From a virus (taxonomy: Duplodnaviria; Caudoviricetes): a stretch of 30,989 bases of DNA. The first letter of the stretch is position 1, and every line of letters starts with the position of its first letter. Positions 16,772 to 24,387 of this stretch are shown here, piece after piece. A model generated the notes under the pieces. It searched no databases and was not told the DNA's origin. It saw only the letters and a list, made by a program, of their open reading frames with translations. The stretch is taken from IMG/VR virus record IMGVR_UViG_3300012940_000077, positions 1 to 30,989 of that record; one strand, written 5' to 3'. The position numbers were made by a program, and so were the translations under genes.

Positions 16772-17164
16772 TCACTCCTCGATCTCGTAGGGGTGCGGCT
16801 CGAAGTTGTCGACCTTGCCCGGGTCGTGCTGCTCAGCGGGCTGGACGACGACGATCTCGCCAGTGGGAAGCGGCGAGTTCGCGGAGGCCACGGTCTGTCC
16901 GTCCTTCTCCTGGACGGCCACGGCGTTGTACTCCGGGGTCTTGGGGACGCCCAGGAGGTACCCGAACGCCGGGTGGACCTTCACGGTCAGCCAGTTCACG
17001 AGCGCGTTGTACGCGGCCGACAGGACGACGAAGAGGATCGCGTTGAGCTGCGCCTCCGCGCCATCAGGCAGGGTCACACCCTGGTTCACGAGCCAGGTCA
17101 CTGCCAGGCCCACGACCAGGGCGACACCCGTACGGATGCCGCTGATCAGTGCGTTGTACAGCAT
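16772..17164 (-). CDS. Holin
   Basis: Two TM helices; IRT...AYNALVNWL...PAFGYLLG..KTPEY pattern of actinophage holins. Directly downstream of the endolysin. Confidence 0.8.
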   Translation of the reverse strand: MLYNALISGIRTGVALVVGLAVTWLVNQGVTLPDGAEAQLNAILFVVLSAAYNALVNWLTVKVHPAFGYLLGVPKTPEYNAVAVQEKDGQTVASANSPLPTGEIVVVQPAEQHDPGKVDNFEPHPYEIEE

Positions 17165-17174
17165 GTCCCTCTCC

Positions 17175-18278
17175 TCAGAAGGTTCCCGCGTTCAGGCGGG
17201 CCTGAAGCGTCTTGGCGGTGGTGGGGCCGAAGTAGCCGTCCTGCTTGATGCCCAGGTAGCGCTGGAGGGCCTTGATCGTGTTCGGGCCGAGGTAGCCGTC
17301 GGCGGTGACCTTGAGCTTGCGCTGGAGGGCACGCACGACGTCCGAGCCGCCCGAGCCGTAGTTCACCGAGAACAGGTTGGTGTGGTACTTCCGGTCCGCG
17401 TTGCCCTGACCGGAGATCACCCCGTCCTGCTTGGTGCCCAGGCGAGCCTGGAGACGCTTGACCGAGGCCGGGCCGAAGTTCCCGTCGAGCTTGAGCTGGT
17501 TGCTCAGCGGCTTGACGTTCTTCAGCGCGCTCGTGGTCAGCGGCCCCGGCAGGCCGTCCTGCACGAGCCCCTTGGACTTCTGGTACGCCTTGATGGCTGC
17601 CTGGGTCTGCGGGCCACGAACGCCGTCGATGGCACCCTTGTACAGGCCCAGCTTCTTGAGCTCCTGCTGCACCCAGGTGATGTGTGCGCGCGAGAAGCCC
17701 GCGTTGAGCTGGTCGACGGTCTTGCCGGGGTTGACCGGGTTGGACACCGGGATGGACGCGCCACCCGCGGCACGCACCACAGCGTCGAACTGCGCCACAC
17801 GGTTGTCGCCGGGGCAGACCTTGCCGCGCGGCCCCCAGGTGTCGCCGCCCGAGAGCCGCCACGGGTCGCAGCCCATGCGGTGGTAGCCCACGCCGCGCGA
17901 GCTCTTCTTGGAGTTGCCCATGTCGGTGAGCAGCACCCCGTGGACCTTGTTCAGCCACTTGAGCAGCGCGGCCAGGGACGCCATCTGCGCGTCGGTCCAC
18001 GTACCCGAGCCCAGGCCCTGGGTCTCGATACCGATGCCGTAGAGGTTGCCCTGACGCTGGGTCCAGGCGATGAGGTTCGTGTCGAGGTACTGCTCGACCG
18101 TCCCGTCGTACTTCACGTAGAAGTGCGAGGACGCCGAGGAGGCCGGGTTGTTGAACCAGCCGTACAGCGAGTTCGCGCCACCAGCGTCCACGTGCAGGAT
18201 GGCGCACGTGGTACGAGGGCGCACTCCGCCGTGGTTACGGCTGAGGGGCTTGTAGACCGCGCCGCTGTAGATGGCCAT
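17175..18278 (-). CDS. Endolysin: N-acetylmuramoyl-L-alanine amidase (Amidase_2) with peptidoglycan-binding repeats
   Basis: ILHV...SSHFYV..DG.VEQY...AWTQ..GN..GIGIETQG...YHR...KVCPG, followed by repeated DGxxGPxT..LQ motifs. AGGAGG RBS. Confidence 0.92.
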   Translation of the reverse strand: MAIYSGAVYKPLSRNHGGVRPRTTCAILHVDAGGANSLYGWFNNPASSASSHFYVKYDGTVEQYLDTNLIAWTQRQGNLYGIGIETQGLGSGTWTDAQMASLAALLKWLNKVHGVLLTDMGNSKKSSRGVGYHRMGCDPWRLSGGDTWGPRGKVCPGDNRVAQFDAVVRAAGGASIPVSNPVNPGKTVDQLNAGFSRAHITWVQQELKKLGLYKGAIDGVRGPQTQAAIKAYQKSKGLVQDGLPGPLTTSALKNVKPLSNQLKLDGNFGPASVKRLQARLGTKQDGVISGQGNADRKYHTNLFSVNYGSGGSDVVRALQRKLKVTADGYLGPNTIKALQRYLGIKQDGYFGPTTAKTLQARLNAGTF

Positions 18279-18333
18279 GGGGTCCTCCTAGAGAGTCACC
18301 ACCATGTTCTCGGCGCTGTCTACAGGGTCATGG

Positions 18334-18507
18334 CTACATCCCTTCGGTCTTCTTGCCCGACTTGCCCTTCTTCCTCCTCAGCTTGGTGCCTGGAGGGCAG
18401 GCGTGCGAGTTGAGATCAGCAGAGTCCGGTGACATCTTCTTGAACTGCTCTTTGGGCTGAGCGTCCACGTTGCTGACCTTGGCGGGGATCTCGTTCGGGA
18501 ACTGCAT
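18334..18507 (-). CDS. 57-aa protein with basic C-terminus
   Basis: Start taken at ATG 18507, just after the fibre stop. Reads MQFPNEIP...EQFKKMSPDSADL...KLRRKKGKSGKK. Confidence 0.55.
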   Translation of the reverse strand: MQFPNEIPAKVSNVDAQPKEQFKKMSPDSADLNSHACPPGTKLRRKKGKSGKKTEGM

Positions 18508-18508
18508 G

Positions 18509-21490
18509 CTACGGCCCTTCCTCGTACATAGCTGCGACCTCGGCACCCGTGAGCGCCTTGTCCCAGATGCTGACCTTGCGGAAGCCTGCGTTGGTCATCG
18601 GCTCGATGAGGAAGCTGTCCGGCGTGGTGACCGTCCCCGTCTTGGGACCGGTGTTCACCTGCGCCCCGTCCACGTACAGGGTCAGCGCAGTGCCGTCGTA
18701 GACGCCCACCACGTGCCGCCAGTACGGCGCGGGGATCACGCCACCGCCCGTGCTCACCTGCGACAGCCGGTTGTAGGAGCCGGTGTCGGTCTCCACCATC
18801 ACGCGGCTGAGTGAGTACGTCGTGGAGCCCAGCGTGCGCCAGCCGCTGTACACCTCGGCCACGCGCGTCGTCCCGGCGAGGAACGCCACCGACGGTGTGG
18901 TGTTCGCCTGCGGGGTGTAGACCCAGAACCCGACACTGAACTCGTTCAGGTTGAGGAAGCCGTTGGGCGCGGTGGCCTGCCCCGTGGTCGAGGATGTCAG
19001 CGCCTGCTTGCCGCCCAGCAGGGCGAAGGTCGCGGAGCTGATCTCCAGCGAGCGCCCCGCGATCATGTCCACCTCGGGGTTCGGGCCATCGAATGTCCAC
19101 AGAGCGGCCAGGCCCTCGGGCGGCGGGACGATCCCGAAGTTCAGCGGGTACTCCTCACCGTCCACGTAGGCCGTCAGCGTCACGGGGTACTCCACGCCGT
19201 TGAACAGCAGCGTGACATTGATGTCACGCTCCACGTCGCCCACGTAGCCCTTGGCCGCGGCATCACCTGCCACCGGGGAGGTCAGGGACAGCACGCCCGC
19301 GCCGCCCATGGACAGCACGCCGGACAGCGCCGGGGTGCCAGCAGCGCCCAGCGAGCCCACGCCCGTGATGTTGAGGCCACCAGAGACCGCAGGCGTCCCG
19401 GTGAAGGACAGCGTGCCCTCCCCGCCCATGGACAGCGCCCCGGCGACCGCGATGTGCCCGGACAGGGTGAGCGTGCCGTCGCCGGACACCGTGAGCATCC
19501 CGGTGAAGGCCGACGCACCCATGGACAGCGTGCCGGTGCCGATGATGTCCAGCGCGCCCTGGAGGTTGGGCACGGCCACGAAGTTCAGCTCTCCGGTGGC
19601 AGCGCGGGCCAGCTCACCCACCAGGTGCGGGGTGGGCGAGGTCGTCTGCGTGCCGCCTCCGGTGAAGGAGAGCCCGCCTCCGGTGGTCATCGCCGTCTGC
19701 TGGCGCGCTACGGTGCCGCCCGCTGTGATGCCCAGTGCGCCCCCAGTGGTCATGCCAGCCTGTGCACGGCCCACAGTGCCGCCCCCGGTGATGCCCAGGG
19801 AGCGCGAGGCACTCATCCCGGTCTGGGTGCGTCCCAGCGTCCCGGACGCCGTGATGGACAGGCTGCCCTCGTAGTGCTCGGCCACGGGCTGCTCGTAGAC
19901 CAGGGCGGCGTCCACGAAGGCGAAGTTGGAGACCGGCGTGCGTCCGCCGTTGTGGACCACGACGAGGCCGTCGGGGAAGTCCGGCCCGAGGTTGCCCAGG
20001 TGCCAGTCCAGACCGTCGGTGCTGGTGACCGGGCTGCCACCCGGGAGCTCGACGGTGAACCGGGACAGGTGCTCGAAGGTCGTCGCGTCGTACACGTGGT
20101 AGGAGCTGTCGCCCTGGGAAGAGACCAGCAGCAGCGCCCGTCCCGTGGTGTCCCGGGCGATGGCCACGTCCTCGATGTCTGCCACCAGGTTGCTGCCCAC
20201 CAGGTCCACAGCTGTGCGCGTGCTGCCCCCGGACGGCGAGGCGCTGTAGCGGTACAGGCCCACGTCCTCCTGGGAGGCGAACAGGTAGCCGGTGGCGTCG
20301 TCGGCAGCCAGCCCCTCCACCACGGACGCCAGGCTGACCGTGCGTGCCGCAGAGCCCATGGTGACCGACTCCCCCGAGCGGGTCAGGGGGTACTGGTACA
20401 TGTTGCGCGCCGAGGTGTCGTCCGGACCACGCTGGGTGACGAAGGCGTACACCTGCCCATCGCTGTGCACGTACAGGCAGGTGCCGTACGGCTCCCACCC
20501 GAACGCAGAGCTCGTACCCGCAGGGGTGAGCGCCTTGGTGGTTCGGTTGAGCCAGTAGAACCGGAGCAGGAAGTCTTCCCGGTCGCTGGTCATGACCAGG
20601 ACACGGTTGTCCCATCCACTGACCCCGGTCAGGTCACGGATGTCTACAGAGTTGGCTGCGCCGTCCAGGCGAGACGACAGGATGTCGCCCTGGAGGTTGT
20701 AGACGTACAGGCCACCGCCCACCTCCTTGTTGGTCGTGATGACCACGGAGGATGCGGGCGTGGTGGCGTCGCGGAAGATCGCCGCCCCGTCGGCCACGTC
20801 CCCGGTGAAGCCGGAGTACGTCTCCGTCTCCAGCGTCGCCTCCAGCGGCTCGATGACCGAGCCAGTCTCTGCGATGGCCAGCGTCCAGCGCTTGGTCTGG
20901 TACCACCCCGAGTTCGTCGTCCACTGCCCCGAAGGGGACTGCCCCGGCGATGTCTGGGTGCGGTAGGCGATAGAACCCTCGCGCTCCTGAGCGTCAGTGG
21001 CCCGGGTCCAGCCGGAGGGCACGGTCGGGCTCTCGGAGCCAGAGCCCACTGCCATGCCCGTCAGCAGCATGACGTTCTCAGCCGTGACGTTCACCTGCGG
21101 GATGGGGTGGGTCTCGACCGACGAGGAGCCCCATGCCGTCGTGGCGTAGCCGTTGCTGATCAGGTTCGAGCCACGCAGGTGCACCCAGGCCAGATCACCG
21201 CGCCGCGCGGTCGCACCCCACCCGAAGGAGATCGAGGACGGCACGGACGCGGGAGCTTGGTACCAGTACACGCCGCACGACACCCCGACCCCGATGCCGT
21301 TCATCGCCTCCAGCGAGGTGGTGTTCGCGGGCAGCGTGAGCTCGGCGTTGACCGTCGAGTTCGTCGTGATGAAGCAGACGATCACGTCACCGGTCTGCAC
21401 GCCCTTGCCGGTCAGCGGCAGGACGAACGAGGTCGAGGTCCCGGTGGACGGGTAGGGAACCGTCCCCGAGGCCAGCAGCGTGATCGCCAC
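18509..21490 (-). CDS. Large virion fibre with beta-propeller phytase-like domain and C-terminal LamG-like domain
   Basis: 993 aa. N-terminal beta-sandwich (GVQTGDVIV); phytase motifs TNK..GGLYVYNLQG, EPYGTCLY, VEGLAADD, QEDVGLYRY, LVADIE, VSSQGDSSYHVYD, TDGL, GPDFPDGL (about 19895-20845); GxLxxxGxGTL stalk; LamG-type WRHVVGVYDG...LYVDG...IWDKALT. Confidence 0.8.
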   Translation of the reverse strand: MAITLLASGTVPYPSTGTSTSFVLPLTGKGVQTGDVIVCFITTNSTVNAELTLPANTTSLEAMNGIGVGVSCGVYWYQAPASVPSSISFGWGATARRGDLAWVHLRGSNLISNGYATTAWGSSSVETHPIPQVNVTAENVMLLTGMAVGSGSESPTVPSGWTRATDAQEREGSIAYRTQTSPGQSPSGQWTTNSGWYQTKRWTLAIAETGSVIEPLEATLETETYSGFTGDVADGAAIFRDATTPASSVVITTNKEVGGGLYVYNLQGDILSSRLDGAANSVDIRDLTGVSGWDNRVLVMTSDREDFLLRFYWLNRTTKALTPAGTSSAFGWEPYGTCLYVHSDGQVYAFVTQRGPDDTSARNMYQYPLTRSGESVTMGSAARTVSLASVVEGLAADDATGYLFASQEDVGLYRYSASPSGGSTRTAVDLVGSNLVADIEDVAIARDTTGRALLLVSSQGDSSYHVYDATTFEHLSRFTVELPGGSPVTSTDGLDWHLGNLGPDFPDGLVVVHNGGRTPVSNFAFVDAALVYEQPVAEHYEGSLSITASGTLGRTQTGMSASRSLGITGGGTVGRAQAGMTTGGALGITAGGTVARQQTAMTTGGGLSFTGGGTQTTSPTPHLVGELARAATGELNFVAVPNLQGALDIIGTGTLSMGASAFTGMLTVSGDGTLTLSGHIAVAGALSMGGEGTLSFTGTPAVSGGLNITGVGSLGAAGTPALSGVLSMGGAGVLSLTSPVAGDAAAKGYVGDVERDINVTLLFNGVEYPVTLTAYVDGEEYPLNFGIVPPPEGLAALWTFDGPNPEVDMIAGRSLEISSATFALLGGKQALTSSTTGQATAPNGFLNLNEFSVGFWVYTPQANTTPSVAFLAGTTRVAEVYSGWRTLGSTTYSLSRVMVETDTGSYNRLSQVSTGGGVIPAPYWRHVVGVYDGTALTLYVDGAQVNTGPKTGTVTTPDSFLIEPMTNAGFRKVSIWDKALTGAEVAAMYEEGP

Positions 21491-21500
21491 GGTGCTCCGA

Positions 21501-21848
21501 TCAGGCGATGGTGCAGGTGAGGTTCAGCGTGTAGGTGCCCTGGGAGCCGAACGCCTGGGAGGTGACCGTGCCGCCCTCCAGGTAGTTGCCCGTGCCCGAG
21601 GCGGCCGTGTGCACGCCAGCGGCCACGACCGTGGTGCTCGCGGGGACGTCGAAGGTCACCGAGGCCGTGACGACCCCGTTGCTGGGCGCGCTCCAGGTGA
21701 TCGCCTTGCGGGCATAGGCGGGCGAGCCACCGCTGACCTCGGTGCCCTGCGAGGCACCCGCGGACGTGGTGTACAGCGCAGCGTGGGTTGCGGCCGTGCC
21801 GAAGGCGGTGGCCAGGGTGTTCTTGGCAGCGGTGGCGTTGAAGGCCAT
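21501..21848 (-). CDS. Small fibre-associated structural protein (paralog B)
   Basis: 115 aa. EVSGGSPAYARKAITW...VTFDVPA is shared with 16418..16768. GAGGAG RBS. Confidence 0.75.
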   Translation of the reverse strand: MAFNATAAKNTLATAFGTAATHAALYTTSAGASQGTEVSGGSPAYARKAITWSAPSNGVVTASVTFDVPASTTVVAAGVHTAASGTGNYLEGGTVTSQAFGSQGTYTLNLTCTIA

Positions 21849-21858
21849 GGTGTGCTCC

Positions 21859-22446
21859 TCAGTAGCGGACGATCAGTACGGGGTCAGGGGCGTCTTCAGG
21901 AACCGGTGCCCCTGTCGCCAGGAACAGCACGGGTGCGTACGACTGCATTGTCGCCAGGGCGTCCAGTGCGGCCTGCGCTGCGTTCTCGGCTGCGATCCGC
22001 GAAGACTCGGTGACCACGACCGTGGTGCCCGGGTTGGAGGGGATGGGCGTGACCAGCGCGAGGTCCTTACGCACCCCGCCCTCGACCAGCAGGTCGAAGT
22101 CCGGGATCGTCACACCCTGGATCTCGAAGCGGACCTTGTACGTCCACCCCGAGGGGTTCGCGTCCGGGTCGTCCCCGGCGAGCAGCCAGACGTCGCGCTC
22201 GCCCTCCTCGTCGATCAGGTAGCCCTCGTCGTCGATGGTGCACTCGATGGGCTTGGGGGAGACGAACACCGGGGCCGGGGACGCCGCTGCCACGATGACG
22301 TGCGACGGAGCCGGGGTGAAGCGCACCTTGCCCACCGCTGCCTTGCCGTCCGGCTCACGCCCGACGTCCGGAGAGTCGGCCACGGCGAGCAGGAAGCGTC
22401 CGCCCACCTGGCCGTAGGACAGCAGTGCAGGAAGGTCAGTTGCCAC
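21859..22446 (-). CDS. Minor structural protein (actinophage fibre-anchor-like domain)
   Basis: Start reassigned to GTG 22446 (GGAGG upstream). YGQVGGRFLLAVADSPD...GKVRFTP...DDEGYL...NPSGWTYKVRF is a pattern seen at fibre N-termini. Confidence 0.6.
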   Translation of the reverse strand: MATDLPALLSYGQVGGRFLLAVADSPDVGREPDGKAAVGKVRFTPAPSHVIVAAASPAPVFVSPKPIECTIDDEGYLIDEEGERDVWLLAGDDPDANPSGWTYKVRFEIQGVTIPDFDLLVEGGVRKDLALVTPIPSNPGTTVVVTESSRIAAENAAQAALDALATMQSYAPVLFLATGAPVPEDAPDPVLIVRY

Positions 22447-23416
22447 GAGACTTCCTCCGGTGCTCTGCGACCTTGCGGCCGTCCTTGGTCTGGTACGCGG
22501 CCACCACGACGCCACCAGTGCCCGCTCCTGCGGCCAGGGAGGCACGCTGGATGTTCCGGCGGCGCTTGTACCGGGCGTAGCCCTCCTTGACCCCGTAGCG
22601 GCCGTCGGCGTCGATCTTGTCCTGGGTGCGCTTGAACGCCGAGCCCGTGTTGGCTGCCTGCTCGAACGCGCCCGCGCGCATCCCGTGGTAGGTCTGCCCG
22701 AACAGGCCGGAGGCGCGTTCCGACTTACCCTTCTCGCGGATGGCCTTGACGCGCAGCTTGTCTGCCTTGTCGCCGTTGGCCCGGTTCATCTGGGTGTGCG
22801 AGCGCAGCAGTGGCGAGCGGTGGATCTGGGAGTGCGTGCCCGAGAGCGTGTCCGCACGGGCCTCCTCGCGAGCCAGCTTCACCGGGTCGGACTGGATCTG
22901 GGCCAGCCGCCACGAGGAGCGCCCCTCGGAGTGCAGGAGCTCGTGCTGGACGGTCTTGCCGTCCCTCTTGTCCGAGATCACGTAGGTGCGCCCGCCCTTG
23001 GCACTGCCGTAGCGCAGCGGGTGTGCGTTCTTGTACTTGCCCGACTTGGTGCCCACGAACTCGATGGCCTCGCTGGGCTTGCCCGACAGGTCACGCCCGG
23101 CGAGCTGGGACAGGTGCTCGGTGACCATCGCCTTGTTCTGAAGCACCTTCGCCTGCTCTGCGTCCAGCCCCGTGGACCGGTAGCGCCCGCCCATCAGACC
23201 GTCCTTGCTCGCTGAGAACGCAGCGTCCGCCGCCTTGTCCGCAGGGACCTTCATGCGCAGCAGTGCGTCCACGAAGTTGTACGGGTCGTGCCCTGCGGCC
23301 GTGCGGGCATCACGAAGCTTCTTCGCGCCGACGTCCACGGCGCGGACGAACTTCCCGTCGATCAGGGACTTGGCGAACTCGTCCCGCCCGTGGTCGACAC
23401 CGAACGCACTGATCAC
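22436..23416 (-). CDS. MISAFGVDHG-leader protein 2: basic protein with HExxH zinc-metallopeptidase motif
   Basis: Leader MISAFGVDHGRDEFAK. HELLH at 22931-22945 with downstream REEARAD. C-terminal Gly-rich hydrophobic segment. Confidence 0.7.
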   Translation of the reverse strand: MISAFGVDHGRDEFAKSLIDGKFVRAVDVGAKKLRDARTAAGHDPYNFVDALLRMKVPADKAADAAFSASKDGLMGGRYRSTGLDAEQAKVLQNKAMVTEHLSQLAGRDLSGKPSEAIEFVGTKSGKYKNAHPLRYGSAKGGRTYVISDKRDGKTVQHELLHSEGRSSWRLAQIQSDPVKLAREEARADTLSGTHSQIHRSPLLRSHTQMNRANGDKADKLRVKAIREKGKSERASGLFGQTYHGMRAGAFEQAANTGSAFKRTQDKIDADGRYGVKEGYARYKRRRNIQRASLAAGAGTGGVVVAAYQTKDGRKVAEHRRKSRGN

Positions 23417-23425
23417 GTGGTCACC

Positions 23426-23749
23426 TCACACTGCCTCGACGGCAGCGAGGCGCGTCGAGATGTCCTGGAGCATGGCCTGGAGGTTGGCACCCGTGATCCC
23501 CGACACCGTGCCCGTGAGCGCGGTGAAGGTGTGGGTGTGGTTGCCCGCCGCCGCCGTGGTGGCCGTGGTGCCGATGGCCCGGATGGACGGCGTACCCGCG
23601 GCCTGGACAGAGGTGAGCGCGGCAGGGATGCCGGTGATGTCACCCCACGCGACGCTGCCTCCCACCTCCAGGCCGTTGAGGACGTCGATCACCTCGTTGA
23701 TCTTGATGGCGAGGGAGCGCTCGCCGTACTGCTCTACCTTGTCGACCAT
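23426..23749 (-). CDS. Short fibre-like protein (107 aa)
   Basis: Start reassigned to ATG 23749 (TAATG overlap). VAWGDITGIP and AAAGNHTH are fibre-shaft motifs. Confidence 0.6.
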   Translation of the reverse strand: MVDKVEQYGERSLAIKINEVIDVLNGLEVGGSVAWGDITGIPAALTSVQAAGTPSIRAIGTTATTAAAGNHTHTFTALTGTVSGITGANLQAMLQDISTRLAAVEAV

Positions 23750-24387
23750 TATCCGTTTCCCTTCACATCGATGACGTATCCACCAGACTTGGTTCGTCGA
23801 GGCTTCCTGCCCGTACCGCGCAGGTCGTCCTTCACCAGCGACTCGCCTAGGTAGCCCTTTCTCGGGTGCTGCTTGGCGCTGACGCTGCCTGGTGCTGCGC
23901 GCAGAGTCACGCGCGTGTTGCGCCACGGATCGGTCGCGTCTGCTCCGTACCGCCCAGCCGTACTGATGCTGTCAGTGAAGGACTTCAGCTCGCCCTTGCC
24001 CCGCCTGCCGTCTCCGATGGGCTTGCCACGCGAAGCGCGGCGTGCCATCTTCTTGGCGTCTCGCGGAGACACGGCGATGCCACGGTACAGATGTGATCCG
24101 CTCGGCTTCTCCTTCACGCCATCCAGATCGCCACTCAGCGTCCCTCGACGCTCCGGTCCTCGGTTGCTCGTGCTGAAGGGTCTCTTGAGATCACGCACCG
24201 CAGCACGCTTGATCCTGTCCGGGTCGCTCCACATCGAGTAGCCACCAGGAACCTTTGAAGCATCAGCCGCCTTCTGACGCGCCTTGCGCGACACAGCCAG
24301 CTTCGCGGAGGTGGACAGACGACCGATGTCCAGCCCCTTCTCCACGAGGTCGGACGCGCCGTGGTCGACGCCGAATGCGCTGATCAC
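23749..24387 (-). CDS. MISAFGVDHG-leader protein 3: putative ADP-ribosyltransferase (R-S-E type)
   Basis: Leader MISAFGVDHGASDLVEK. Motif order HLYRGI...KSFTDSISTAGRYG...VTLR...GESLV. GTG start overlaps the portal stop. Confidence 0.6.
   Translation of the reverse strand: MISAFGVDHGASDLVEKGLDIGRLSTSAKLAVSRKARQKAADASKVPGGYSMWSDPDRIKRAAVRDLKRPFSTSNRGPERRGTLSGDLDGVKEKPSGSHLYRGIAVSPRDAKKMARRASRGKPIGDGRRGKGELKSFTDSISTAGRYGADATDPWRNTRVTLRAAPGSVSAKQHPRKGYLGESLVKDDLRGTGRKPRRTKSGGYVIDVKGNG

Noticed and set aside
19290-19870. Recurring cccatggacagc and GxLxxxGxGTL units
   Set aside because: Explained as a beta-repeat fibre stalk inside a coding region, not a regulatory or diversity-generating repeat. 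No reverse transcriptase is present in the window.
6363-24387. The three leader copies as a DNA-level repeat (operator, att site or mobile-element end)
   Set aside because: Differences fall at synonymous positions and every copy starts exactly at a start codon, which points to selection on the peptide.
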